A stretch of DNA of 64,000 nt, taken from Mobula hypostoma (taxonomy: Eukaryota). Positions within the stretch are counted from its first letter, which is position 1, and every line of letters starts with the position of its first letter. The position numbers were made by a program, and so were the translations under genes. The notes under the pieces were generated by a model. That model worked only from the letters and a program-made list of their open reading frames with translations, was not told the DNA's origin and ran no database searches. Location: the NCBI RefSeq assembly GCF_963921235.1, contig NC_086097.1, positions 199,642,001 to 199,706,000 of the forward strand. The letters are read 5' to 3'. Shown piece by piece: positions 12,773-24,862 of the stretch.

Positions 12773-13090
12773 GAAGGAAGTCTGAGAATCGGAGCGGGAG
12801 TGCGGAGGAAGCCATTTTTGAATTTTTCAGTTTTTTTCCCCCATCGGTATTCAGAGAGGCAGGACTGCTCAGGCGCGTGACATCGGGCAGTGAAGCGCGA
12901 AAGATTTAAAAGGACAAAAATCCTGCTTCGGGTTTAATTCGAAGAAGGAAGTCTGAGAATCAGAGCGGGAGTGCAGAGAAAGCCATTTCTGAATTTTTCA
13001 GTTTTTTTTCCCCATCGGTGTGCAGAGAGGCGGGCCTGCGCAGCCGTGTGACATCGGGCAGTGAAGCGTGGAAGATTTAAAAGGAACAGA
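12773..13090 (+). repeat. Tandem duplication of an approximately 145-bp CpG-containing monomer in the CR1 5' UTR
   Basis: 12773-12918 and 12944-13090 both run GAAGGAAGTCTGAGAATC...GACATCGGGCAGTGAAGCG...GATTTAAAAGGA. Confidence 0.9.
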
Positions 13091-13230
13091 GCCTTATACA
13101 TCGGGCAGCGGAGTGAGCCGGGAGCAGAGTGAAGGCTTAAGGGCTTCGGCTCAACGGGCTTAGGCGGAAATGCACGAGGCGAGAAAGGTTTGGTATTCAT
13201 TTTTTGTTGTTATTTGAGGAGAGAGGCAGT

Positions 13231-14170
13231 ATGAGTGTGAGGGAAGTTTGTTGTTTGCAGTGCCGGATGTGGGAGGTCCTGGAGTCTCCAAGCCTCCCGG
13301 ACGTCTACATCTGCACCAGGTGCGCCGAGATGCAGCTCCTAAGGGATCGCGTTAGGGAACTGGAGCTGCAGCTCGATGACCTTCGTCTGGTCAGGGAGAG
13401 TGAGGAGTTGATAGAGAGGAGTTACAGGCAGGTGGTCACACCGGGGTCACGGGAGGCAGACAAGTGGGTCACGGTTAGGAGGGGGAAGGGGAAGAGTCAG
13501 GTAATAGCGAGTACCCTGGTGGCTGTGCCCCTTGACAATAGGAACTCCTGCTTAAGTACTGTTGGGGGGGACAGCTTACCTGGGGGAAGCGACAGTGGCC
13601 ATGCCTCCAGCACAGAGTCCGGCCCTGTAGCTCAGAAGGGTAGGGAAAGGAAGAGGAGGGCAGTTGTAATAGGGGACTCGATAGTAAGGGGGTCAGATAG
13701 GCGATTCTGTGGACGCAGTCCAGAGACCCAGATGGTAGTTTGCCTCCCTGGTGCCAGGGTCCGGGATATTTCTGATTGTGCCCAAGATATCCTGAAGTGG
13801 GAGGGTGAGGAGCCAGAGGTCGTGGTACATATAGGTACCAATGACATAGGTAGGAAAAGGGAAAAGGTCCTGAAAGGAGAATATAGGGAGTTAGGAAGGG
13901 AGTTTAGAAAAAGGACTGCAAATGTAGTAATCTCGGGATAACTGCCTGTGCCACACGACAGTGAGAGTAGGAATGCAATGAGGTGGAGGATAAATGCATG
14001 GCTGAGGGATTGGAGCAGGGGCAGGGATTCAAGTTTTTGGGTCATTGGGACCTCTTTTGGTGCAGGTGTGACCTGTACAAAAAGGACGGGTTACATTTGA
14101 ATCCTAGGGGACCAATATCCTGGCGGGGAGATTTGTGAGGGCTACTGAGGCGACTTTAAACTGGAATGGT
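13231..14170 (+). pseudogene. CR1 ORF1p (zinc finger/leucine zipper plus SGNH esterase domain), with premature stop and frameshift
   Basis: CLQCRMW...CTRC, LRDRVRELELQL zipper, GDSIVRG, CLPGAR, HIGTND; stop at 13939-41. Confidence 0.9.
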
Positions 14171-14389
14171 TGGGGGTGGGAATCAAATCAAAGAGACTAG
14201 GAGAGAGGAGGTTAGTTCACAACAGGGGAATGGGAACAAGTGCAGAGAGACAGAGGAGTGTAAAATGAGGGTAGAAGCAAAAAGTAGTAAGGTGAAAAGT
14301 AAAAATGGCAGGCCGGCAAATCCAGGCCAAAAATCAAAAAGGACCACTTTTCAACATAATTGTATAAGGGCTAAGAGTGTTGTAAGAGC

Positions 14390-17199
14390 GAGTCTAAAGG
14401 CTTTGTGTGTCAATGCAAAGAGCATTCGTAACAAGGTGGATGAATTAAAAGTGCAGATTGTTATTAATGAATATAATATAGTTGGGATCACAGAGACATA
14501 GCTCCAGGGTGACCAGGGATGGGAGCTCAACATTCAGGAATATTCAATATTCAGGAGGGATAGACACGAAAGAAAAGGAAGTGGGGCAGCATTGCTGGTT
14601 AGAGAAGAGATTAACGCAATAGAAAGGAAGGACATTAGCCGGGAGGATGTGGAATCGATATGGGTAGAGCTGCATAACACTAATGGGCAGAAAACGCTGG
14701 TGGGAGTTGTGTACAGGCCACCTAACAGTAGTAGTGAGGTTGGGGATGGCATTAAACAGGAAATTAGAAATGTGCGCAATAAAGGAACAGCAGTTATAAT
14801 GGGTGACTTCAATCTGCATATAGATTGGGTGAACCAAATTGGTAAGGGTGCTGAGGAAGAGGATTAGTTGGAATGTATGTGGGATGGTTTTTTGAACCAA
14901 CATGTCGAGGAAACAACTAGAGAGCAGGGTATTCTAGACTGGGTATTGAGCAATGAGGAATGGTTAATTAGCAATCTTGTCGTGAGAGGCCCCTTGGGTA
15001 AGAGTGACCATAATATCGTGGAATTCTTCATTAAGATGGAGAGTGACATAGTTAATTCAGAAACAAAGGTTCTGAACTTAAAGAAGGGTAACTTTGAAGG
15101 TATGAGACGTGAATTAGCTAAGATAGACTGGCAAATGACACTTAAAGGATTGACGGTGGATATGCAATGGCAAGCATTTAAAGATCGCATGGATGAACTA
15201 CAACAAATGTTCACCCAGTTTGGCAAAAGAATAAATCAAGGAAGGTAGTGCACCCGTGGCTGACAAGGGAAATTAGGGATAGTATCAATTCCAAAGAAAA
15301 GCATACAAATTAGCCAGAAAAAGCGGCTCACCTGAGGACGAGGAGAAATTCAGAGTCCAGCAGAGAAGGACAAAGGGCTTAATTAGGAAAGGGAAAAACA
15401 GTTATGAGAAAAAACTGGCAGGGAACATAAAAACTGACTGTAAAAGCTTTCATAGATATGTGAAAAGAAAAAGATTGGTTAAGATAAATGTAGGTCCCCT
15501 ACAGACAGAAACAGGTGAATTGATTAAGGGGGACAAGGACATGGCAGACCAATTGAATAACTACTTTGGTTCTGTCCTCACTAAGGAGGACATAAATAAT
15601 CTTCCAGAAATAGTAGGGGACAGAGGGTCCAGTGAGATGGAGGAACTGAGGGAAATACATGTTAATAGGGAAGTGATGTTAGGTAAATTGAAGGGATTAA
15701 AGGCAGATAAATCCCCAGGGTCAGATGGTCTGCATCCCAGAGTGCTTAAGGATGTAGCCCAGGAAATAGTGGATGCATTAGTAATAATTATTCAAAACTC
15801 TTTAGATTCTGGACTAGTTCCTGATGATTGGAGGGTGGCTAATGTAACCCCACTTTTTAAAAAAGGAGGGAGAGAGAAACCGGGGAATTATAGACCGGTT
15901 AGCCTGACATCGGTGGTGGGGAAAATGCTAAAGTCAGTTATCGAAGATGTGATAACAGCACATTTGGAAAGTGGCGAAATCATCGGACAAAGTCAGCATG
16001 GATTTGTGAAAGGAAAATCATGACTGGCGAATCTCATAGAATTTTTTGAGGATGTAACTAGTAGAGTGGATAGGGGAGAACCAGTGGATGTGGTATATTT
16101 GGATTTTCAAAAGGCTTTTGACAAGGTCCCACACAGGAGATTAGTGTGCAAACTTAAAGCACACAGTATTGGGGGTAAGGTATTGATGTGGATAGAGAAT
16201 TGGTTGGCAGACAGGAAGCAAAGAGTGGGAATAAACGGGACCTTTTCAGAATGGCAGGCAGTGACTAGTGGGGTACTGCAAGGCTCAGTGCTGGGACCCC
16301 AGTTGTTTACAATATATGTTAGTAACTTTGATGAGGGAATTAAATGCAGCATCTCCAAGTTTGCAGATGACACAAAGCTGGGCGGCAGTGTTAGCTGTGA
16401 GGAGGATGCTAAGAGGATGCAGGGTGACTTGGATAGGTTAGATGAGTGGGCAAATTCATAGCAGATGCAATTTAATGTGGATAAATGTGAGGTTATCCAC
16501 TTTGGTGGCAAAAACAGGAAAACAGATTGTTATCTGAATGGTGGCCGATTAGGAAAAAGGGAGGTGCAACGAGACCTGGGTGTCATTATACACCAGTCAT
16601 TGAAAGTAGGCATGCAGGTACAGCAGGCGGTGAAAAAGGCAAATGGTATGCTGGCATTCATAGCAAGAGGATTCAAGTACAGGAGCAGGGAGGTACTACT
16701 GCAGTTGTACAAGGCCTTGGTGAGACCACACCTGGAGTATTGTGTACAGTTTTGGTCGCCTAATCTGAGGAAAGACATTCTTGCCATAGAGGAAGTACAA
16801 CGAATGTTCACCAGATTGATTCCTGGGATGGCAGGACTTTCATATGATGAAAGACTGGATTGACTAGGCTTATACTCGTTGGAATTTAGAAAATTGAGGG
16901 GGGATCTTATTGAAAGATATAAAATCCTAAAGAGATTGGACAGGCTAGATGCAGGAAGATTGTTCCCAATGACGCGAATGTCCAGAACGAGGGGTCACAG
17001 TTTGAGGATAAAGGGGAAGCCTTTTAGGACCGAGATGAGGAAAAACTTCTTCACACAGAGAGTGGTGAATCTGTGGAATTCTCTGCCACAGGAAACAGTT
17101 GAGGCCAGTTCATTGGCTATATTTAAGAGGGAGTTAGATATGGCCCTTGTGGCTAAAGGAATCAGGGGGTATGGGGGGAAGGCTGGTAGAGGGTTCTGA
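14390..17199 (+). pseudogene. CR1 ORF2p (APE endonuclease plus reverse transcriptase), multiple stops
   Basis: NAKSIRNK, GITET, GDFN, SDHN, NYRPVSLTS, LDFQKAFDKVPH, QGSVLGP, KFADDTK. Confidence 0.95.
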
Positions 17200-18053
17200 G
17201 TTGGATGATCAGCCATGATCATACTGAATGGTGGTGCAGGCTCGAAGGGCCGAATGGCCTACTCCTGCACCTATCTTCTATGTTTCTATGACACTGTAGC
17301 TATTACAAAGAATTGGTTGCAGGAGGAGCAGGACTGGCCTCTCAGTGATTCAAGGTTTCATTATTTTAGATGTGATAGAGCAGGAGGGATTAAACGGGAG
17401 ATGTGGCATTAACTTTAAAGTGATATTCACTTTCCACATATTGACTGGGACTCAATTATTGTAAAAACATCTAGATGGAAAGTGTTTGTCAAATATGTTT
17501 GGAAAGTTTCCTTGATTAGTAAATAGAAGTCCCTCCTAGAAAGAGAACAAAACCAAATCTCCAACTACGGAATGAGACAGGACAGATGACGGAATTTTGT
17601 GCAGGGAAACAGCTTGTATCTGGTGATCATAACGCCATTATAGTTTCAAGGTAAATAGGGAAAAAGATAGGTCTGGTCCTTGGGTTGAGTTTCTAAATTG
17701 GAGAAAGGCCAATTTTTATGGCACCAGGAAGGATCTGACAAGTGTGGATTACAAAATGTTGTTTTTTGGCAAAGGGGTACATTGTAAATGAGAAGCCTTC
17801 AGAAGTGAAATTTTGAGTGTACAAAGTTTGTATGTTCCCATCAGAATAAAAGGCAAGGATAACAGGTTAAGGGAACTTTGGTCTAAATGTGAAAAAGGAG
17901 GTGCATAGCAGGTTTAGGTAGCTATGAACAAATGAGGTACTTGAGGAATATAAGAAATGCAAGAGAAAACTTAAGAAGGAAATGAAGAGGGCTAATAGAA
18001 GGCATAAAGTTCCTCTAGCAGACAAGATCAAGGAGAATCATTAAGGGCCTCTA

Positions 18054-18365
18054 TGACAATTTAAGCACTGGGCCAGATTGAAAAGGTCAGGATTTCAGGG
18101 CCTGAGGTGAGGGACGGGCCAGTTCAGCTGCTCTGCTCTGCGTTGAACTAAGGGTCTATGGCCAGACTTTCTTTGTGGACTTCAGTTCTGAATGTTATTT
18201 GCTTACTTTTATTGGTTGCATAATTTGTTTTTTTTTCCTTCTGCACATTGGCTGTTTGAGGATCTTCTTATTTTTTTAAGTGTATTCTTTTGGGTTTCTT
18301 TATTTCATGGCAGTCAGGAACCGAATCTTAACGTTGTATAATGTATTTTGAACTTTGAACTTTGA
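18054..18365 (+). mobile_element. Short non-autonomous element with a Rex/Babar-type 3' tail
   Basis: Ends TTTGAACTTTGAACTTTGA, like the Rex tail at 50760-50785; interrupts CR1; related to 59630-60110. Confidence 0.6.
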
Positions 18366-19671
18366 GATACTGTTTATTAAGAGCAAAAAAATAGCAAGGG
18401 ACAAAATTGGCCTTCTGGAGGATCAGAGTAATAATCTATGCTGGGACCCTAAAAAGAATGGGGATATCTAACTGGATTTTTTAGATTCTTACTTACACAG
18501 TAGATGGACACAGAGTCTATAGGTGTGAAGCAATGCATCAGTGAGGTCATGGATCCTATACAGTTTACAGCAGAGGTGGTGTTTGCTACCTTGAGGCAAA
18601 TTAAGGCAAGGACAAAGTGTTCCTTTGGACCCTGTGGGAGGCAAGTGCGGAAATAGCAGGAGTCCTAGCAGAGATATTTAAAACCTCCTTAGCCGGGGGG
18701 AGGTGCCAGAATATTGAAGGACGGCTAATGTTGTTCCATTGTTCAAGAAAAGCTCTATAAATAAGCCAGTATATTATAGGTCGGTGAGCTTGACATCAGT
18801 AGTGGGAACGTTATTAGGAAGTGTTCTAAGGGACCAGATATACAAGTACTTGAATAGACAGGCACTGATTAGTAATAGTCAACATGGCTTCATGCATGGT
18901 AGGTCATGCCTAACCAATCTTCTAGAGGTTTTCGAGGAGGTTACCAAGAAGGTTGATGAATGCAAGGCACTGGATATTGTCTATATGGACTTCAGCAAGG
19001 CTTTTGACAAGGTCCTATATGGGAGGTTGGCAAAGAATGTTCAGTCACTTGGCTTTGTTGGAGAAGCCAGAGAGTGGTTGCCTCTCTTACAGGAGGACTG
19101 TGACGAGTGGAGTGCTGCAGGGATTGGTGCTCGTTCGATTTATGTTTATTATCTTTACAATGATTTGGATGATATTGTGGTAAACTGGATCAGCAAACTT
19201 GTGGGTGACACCAAGATTGAGGGTGTAGTGGTGAGCAAGGAAGACTATCAAAGCCTACAGCGGGATCTGGACTAGCTGGAAAAATGTCAGATGGAATTTA
19301 ATGCAGACAAGTGTGAGTGTTGTACATTGGGAGGACCCAGCAAGGTAGGTCTTACACGGTCAGTGGGAGGGCTCTTAGAAGTGTGGTAGAGCAAAGGGAT
19401 CTGGGAATGCAGATCCATAATTCCTTGAAAATGATCATAAAGAAAGCTTTTGGCACATTGGCTTTCATAAATCTAAGTACTGAGTACAGGAGTTGGGATG
19501 TTATGTTGAAATTTTATAAGATGTTGGTGAGGCCTAATTTGGAGTGTTGTGTCCGTTTATGGTCACCTACCTGTAGGAAAGATGTAAATAAGATTGAACG
19601 AGTGCAGAGAAAATTTACAAGAATGCAAATGGACAGGGATTGATTAGGGATAGTCAGCAGGGCTTTATGCT

Positions 19672-21502
19672 CTCCACTCCCTCCGCACTAATCCTAACCT
19701 TATTGTTAAACCCGCTGATAAGGGGGTTGCTGTTGTAGTCTGGCGTACTGACCTCTACCTTGCCGAGGCGCAGCGACAACTCGCGGATACCTCCTCTTAT
19801 TTACCCCTCGATCGTGACCCCACTAAGGAGCACCAGGCCATTGTCTCCCACACCATCACCGACTTTATCCACTCAGGGGATCTCCCATCCACTGCTACCA
19901 ACCTTATAGTTCCCACACCCTGCACTTCCCGTTTCTACCTCCTACCCAAGATCCACAAACCTGCCTGTCCTGGCCGACCTATTGTCTCAGCTTGCTCCTG
20001 CCCCACCGAACTCGTTTCTGCATACCTCGACACTGTTTTATCACCCCTTGTTCAATCCCTTCCGACCTATGTTCGTGACACTTCTCACGCTCTTAAACTT
20101 TTCGATGATTTTAAGTTCCCTGGCCCCCACCGCTTTATTTTCACCATGGACGTCCAGTCCTTATATACTTCCATCCCCCATCAGGAAGGTCTCAAAGCTC
20201 TACGCTTCTTTTTGGATTCCAGACCTAATCAGTTCCCCTCTATCACCACTCTCTTCCGTCTAGCGGAATTAGTCCTTACTCTTAATAATTTCTCCTTTTG
20301 CTCCTCCCATTTCCTCCAAACTAAAGGTGTAGCTATGGGCACCCGTATGGGTCCTAGCTATGCCTGCCTTTTTGTTGGGTTTGTGGAACAATCTATGTTC
20401 CGTGCCTATTCTGGTATCTGTCCCCCACTTTTCCTTCGCTACATCGACGACTGCATTGGCGCTGCTTCCTGCACGCATGCAGAACTCGTTGACTTTATTA
20501 ACTTTGCCTCCAACTTTCACCCTGCCCTCAAGTTTAGCTGGTCCATTTCCGACACCTCCCTCCCCTTTCTAGATCTTTCTGTCTCTGTCTCTGGAGACAG
20601 CTTATCCACTGATGTCTACTATAAGCCTACTGACTCTCACAGCTATCTGGACTATTCCTCTTCTCACCCTGTCTCTTGCAAAAACGCCATCCCCTTCTGG
20701 CAATTCCTCCGCCTCCGCCGCATCTGCTCTCAGGATGAGGCTTTTCATTCTAGGACGAGGGAGATGTCTTCATTTTTTAAAGAAAGGGGCTTCCCTTCCT
20801 CCACTATCAACTCTGCTCTTAAACGCATCTCCCCCATTTCACGTACATCTGCTCTCACTCCATCCTCCCACCACCCCACTAGGAATAGGGTTCTCCTGGT
20901 CCTCACCTACCACCCCACCAGCCTCCGGGTCCAACATATTATTCTCCGTAACTTCCGCCACCTCCAACGGAATCCCACCACTAAGCACATCTTTCCCTCC
21001 CCCCCCCTCTGCATTCCGCAGGGATCGCTCCCTACACAACTCCCTTGTCCATTCGTCCCCCCCATCCCTCCCCACTGATCTTCCTCCTGGCACTTATCCG
21101 TGTAAGCGGAACAAGTGCTACAAATGCCCTTACACTTCCTCCCTTACCACCATTCAGGGCCCCAAACAGTCCTTCCAGGTGAGGCATCACTTCACCTGTG
21201 AGTCGACTGGGGTGATATACTGCGTCCGGTGCTCCCGATGTGGCCTTTTATATATTGGTGAGACCCGACGCAGACTGGGAGACCGCTTTGCTGAACATCT
21301 ACGCTCTGTCCGCCAGAGAAAGCAGGATCTCCCAGTGGCCACACATTTTAATTCCACATCCCATTCCCATTCTGACATGTCTATCCACGGCCTCCTCTAC
21401 TGTAAAGATGAAGCCACACTCAGGTTGGAGGAACACCTTATATTCCGTCTGGGTAGCCTCCAACCTGATGGCATGAACATTGACTTCTCTAACTTCCGCT
21501 AA
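19672..21502 (+). pseudogene. PLE RT plus GIY-YIG polyprotein, 5'-truncated, one frameshift in a poly-C run near 21000
   Basis: KPADKG, FYLLPKIHK, DVQSLYTSIP, GVAMGT, RYIDD, PFLD, YYKPT; then CKRNKCYKC and VIYC..YIGET in the shifted frame. Confidence 0.93.
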
Positions 21503-21797
21503 GGCCCCACCTCCCCCTTGTACCCCATCTGTTACTCATTTTTATGCACATATTCTTTCTCTCACTCTCCTTTTACTCCCTCTGTCCCTCTGAATATACC
21601 TCTTGCCCATCCTCTGGGTCACCCCCCCCCCTTGTCTTTCTTCCCGGACCTCCTGTCCCATGATCCTCTCGTATCCCCTTTTGCCTATCACCTGTCCAGC
21701 TCTCGGCTCTATCCCTCCCCCTCCTGTCTTCTCCTATCATTTTGCATCTCCCCCTCCCCCTCCAGCTTTCAAATCCCTTACTCACTCTTCCTTCAGT

Positions 21798-21835
21798 TAG
21801 TTCTGACGAAGGATCTCGGCCTGAAACGTCGACTG
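21798..21835 (+). ncRNA. Minimal type I hammerhead ribozyme in PLE pLTR
   Basis: UAGUU-CUGACGA-AGGAUCUCGGCCU-GAAAC-GUC-GACUG. Confidence 0.72.
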
Positions 21836-23269
21836 CGCCTCTTCCTATAGATGCTGCTTGGCCTGCTGCGTTCACCAGCAACTTTTATGTATGTTGCTTG
21901 AATTTCCAGCATCTGCAGAATTCCTGTTGTTAGGGCTTTATGTGTGGAAGGTTGAGTCTTAGAGTTTTTCAAAGATATTTCCAGGAAAGAATGAAAGGCA
22001 GGTAGTGATGTTGTCTACACGGACTTCAGCAAAGCATTTGACAAGTTTGCAAATGGGAGGCTGGTCAGAAAGGTTCAGTCGCTTGGAATTCAAGATTATT
22101 TGGATTAGATATTGGCTTTGTGGGAGAAGATAGAGAGTGACAGTAGATGGTTGCCTCTCTGACTGGAGACCTGTCAGCAAATTTGCAGATGACGTCAAGA
22201 TTGGGAATGTAGTGGACAGTGAGGAAGTCTATTGAAGCTTGCAGTGGGATCTGGACTAGCTGGAAAAATGGGCTGAAAAATGTCAACTGGAATTTAAAGC
22301 AGACAAGTGTGAGGTGTTGTACATTGGGAGGACCAACCAGAGTAGGTCTTACATGGTAAGTAGGGTAAGTAGGGCACTCAGGTGTGTGGTAGAACAGAAG
22401 GTTCTGCGAATACATAACCATAATTTCTTGAAAGTCATGCCACAGGTAGATAGGATCGTAAAGAAAACTTTTGGCACACTGGCCTTAATAAATCAATGTA
22501 TTGAGTACAAGGGTTGAGGGGTTATGTTGAAATTGTATAAGACATTGGTGAGTTACTAATTTGGAGTATTGTGTCCAGTTTTGGTCACCTACCTACAGGA
22601 AAGATGCAAATAAGGTTGAAAGAGTACAAAGAAAGTTCACAAAGATGTCACTGGGACTAGGACCTGAGTTATAGGGAAAGGTGGAATAGATTAGGACTTT
22701 GTTCTGTAGAGCTTAGAAGACTGAGGGAGATTTGATGGAGGTATACCAAATTGTGAGGGGTATAGATAGATTAAATGCAAGCAGGCTTTTTTCCACTGAG
22801 GTTGGGTGAAAATACAACTAGAGGCCATGGGTTAGGGATGAATGGTGAAATGTTTAAAGGGAACCTGAGGGGGATCTTTACACAGAGGAAGATCAGAGTG
22901 TGGAATGAGCTGCCAGCACAAGTGGTGGATGCGGGTTTGATTTCAACTTTTAAGAGAAATTTGAATAGGTACTGTGCCTGGATGGGAGCAGTATGGTGGG
23001 CTGTGGTCTGGGTGCAGGTCAAAGGATCTAGGCAGATTAATGGTTTGGCATGGACTAGATGGGCCAACTGGCCTATTCCTGTGATGTAGTGTCTATGACT
23101 CTGAGTGTTTCTCTCAGTGCATCCATGAACTACCAATCACTTTTGAAAAGTTCCCCTAATTAAGGCACAAAAAAATTGCTAAAATCTATTGGCAGGTGCG
23201 ACAAAGACCTATTAAGAAAACACAATGCATATGATTAACTGTATGGTGAATATCTTGGAGGGCTTGCAA

Positions 23270-23437
23270 GTGCAAGGAGCTGTGACCACTCATCCTGCCC
23301 CACTTATATTCCTCCCAGTACTTTACCCTGGAAAGTGCTACACCTGCCCATTCACTTCCTCCCTCACCTCCATTCATGGCCACAAATGACCTCCATTCAT
23401 GGTCCTTCCAGATGAGGCTTCACTTCACCACCTGTGA
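23270..23437 (+). mobile_element. Ancient PLE endonuclease-region remnant
   Basis: CTCACCTCCATTCA...GTCCTTCCAGATGAGGCTTCACTTCACC resembles 21143-21200. Confidence 0.5.
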
Positions 23438-23580
23438 TGTACTGTCCAGTATTTTGCATTGTGGGTTTGTAACTGGGGGTACATTACACATCCACACAAA
23501 CGTGATTACCCAGTTTGGCAGGGCCGCAGGCTGACTCCCCTAGATGAACGCGAGCTGGGCGAGCCTGAGGGTTACAATGG

Positions 23581-23599
23581 TGGGGGCTACATCCGGGAT
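23581..23599 (+). promoter_or_regulatory. Primer-binding site, tRNA-Pro-like
   Basis: TGGGGGCTACATCCGGGAT, 4 nt after the LTR end; close to the canonical Pro PBS TGGGGGCTCGTCCGGGAT. Confidence 0.8.
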
Positions 23600-24862
23600 T
23601 GATTCCGTTGGATGCTGTGTGATTGCTCTGTTTAAATCAGTGCTGGTATGGATGCTGCTGGGGTACAGCAGTGGTGTGCCTCTGTGGGGTTGCCGGTAAT
23701 TAATACGTGCGTGTTGAGTGGGGTGGATATTCGTTCCCCGGAAAAATTGTTTATTCGATTTTTGAGTATGGTTAAAGCTGTTGGCAAAGTTGAAATCGTA
23801 ATGTGAAAATGGCGGGCTCAGACCTTGTTTTAGTTCAGACTAGCGCTGACGTAACAGTAGTGGGACTGCCAGTGTCTATCAGTGCCCCAGGTGAGGCGGG
23901 GCCATGGCCTGTCCATACTGTCAGGGAGAGGGAGAATGGAGCCCAGCAGTTAAGAATGCACCAGATGGCCAAGGGCGCCCAGCCCCAAGACATGATTGCT
24001 TGGGGTCTCCTGCAGTCCAGTAAAATGCCCCCCCCACCCATTTGTTCAGCTGATCAGAGAGGTGCGGAAGGAGGAGAACATGTTGGGGCCGCGAGAGGAC
24101 TCTGTCGGCAGGGTACAGTCCTCAGTAGCAGCCCCTGGTGGTGAAGTTACAGGGCCAGCCCAACCTAGGAAATGGCAAAGGAGATGGTGGCAGAGCTGAG
24201 AACTGAGATGTTCCGGGTATTAACAGAGGGTGTGGACCCTCCGTATGATAGGACTGGTAGAGAGGGACGCTGCCCCCTAAGGGGACGGACCACGCAGAGG
24301 GCTGCAGGTGGCTGGGGTTCCGCGAGAAGAGGGGCGGCCGGTAGTGTCTTCTATAACTGTGGGAAAGAGGGACACTTCCGGCAGGAATGTGAGAGGCAGG
24401 AAGCCCCTCGGAGAGAGAGCCCATGGGTACCTAAGCAGGGAAAAGTGTTGGGGAAGTTAGAGGAGACTCAGTGAGGGAACGGCCTGGTGTCTCTGGTGGG
24501 AACATGTTCCCAGCAATGTACCAAGGAGCTCACCAAAGCAAAAGACACTATTCCTGAAGGCTTAGTGGGACCACGCTCCAGTGTGTTGCTACGGATAGAG
24601 GGAATATACGCTAAAGCCATACTCAACACTGAGTCGCAGGTCACGTTACTGTACCGTTCGTTTTACAACCGGTATCAAGCATTTACCCTTGACTCCATTC
24701 AGTGCACTGGAGATTTGGGGTATCAGGATGGAGTGGACTGGGATCTGAGGGTCCAAAGGTCGGTAACGTTCAGAGGAGACCGATGGTGAATGACTATTGA
24801 GTGAGCTCCAACGTGACTTTGACTTGACTTTGGGCTCTTTTTTTGTTTATTTTCATTACTAA

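Larger units (their letters stand above)
12771..17290 (+). mobile_element. Near full-length, relatively young CR1 LINE
   Basis: 5' UTR with a duplicated monomer, ORF1, ORF2, 3' UTR hairpin and TTCTATGTTTCTATG tail; TATG shared at both junctions. Confidence 0.96.
11470..19625 (+). mobile_element. Older, originally near full-length CR1 (ORF1 esterase plus ORF2), split by a younger CR1 and a short element
   Basis: ORF1 remnants (C..C.MW, HVGTND) at 11650-12560; endonuclease reads WNY at 12761-12770 and resumes DTVAIT at 17290; RT remnants to about 19625. Confidence 0.85.
19670..21931 (+). mobile_element. Young Neptune-type Penelope-like element with 11-bp TSD
   Basis: TSD AGGGCTTTATG at 19659-69 and 21932-42; RT, zinc linker and GIY-YIG, followed by a pLTR at about 21500-21931. 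Confidence 0.96.
19628..23100 (+). mobile_element. Second old CR1 RT/3' fragment, host of the PLE insertion
   Basis: The SQ.GF..GR region is split at 19669/21932; continues to a CR1 3' UTR ending TCTATGACTCT near 23100. Confidence 0.82.
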
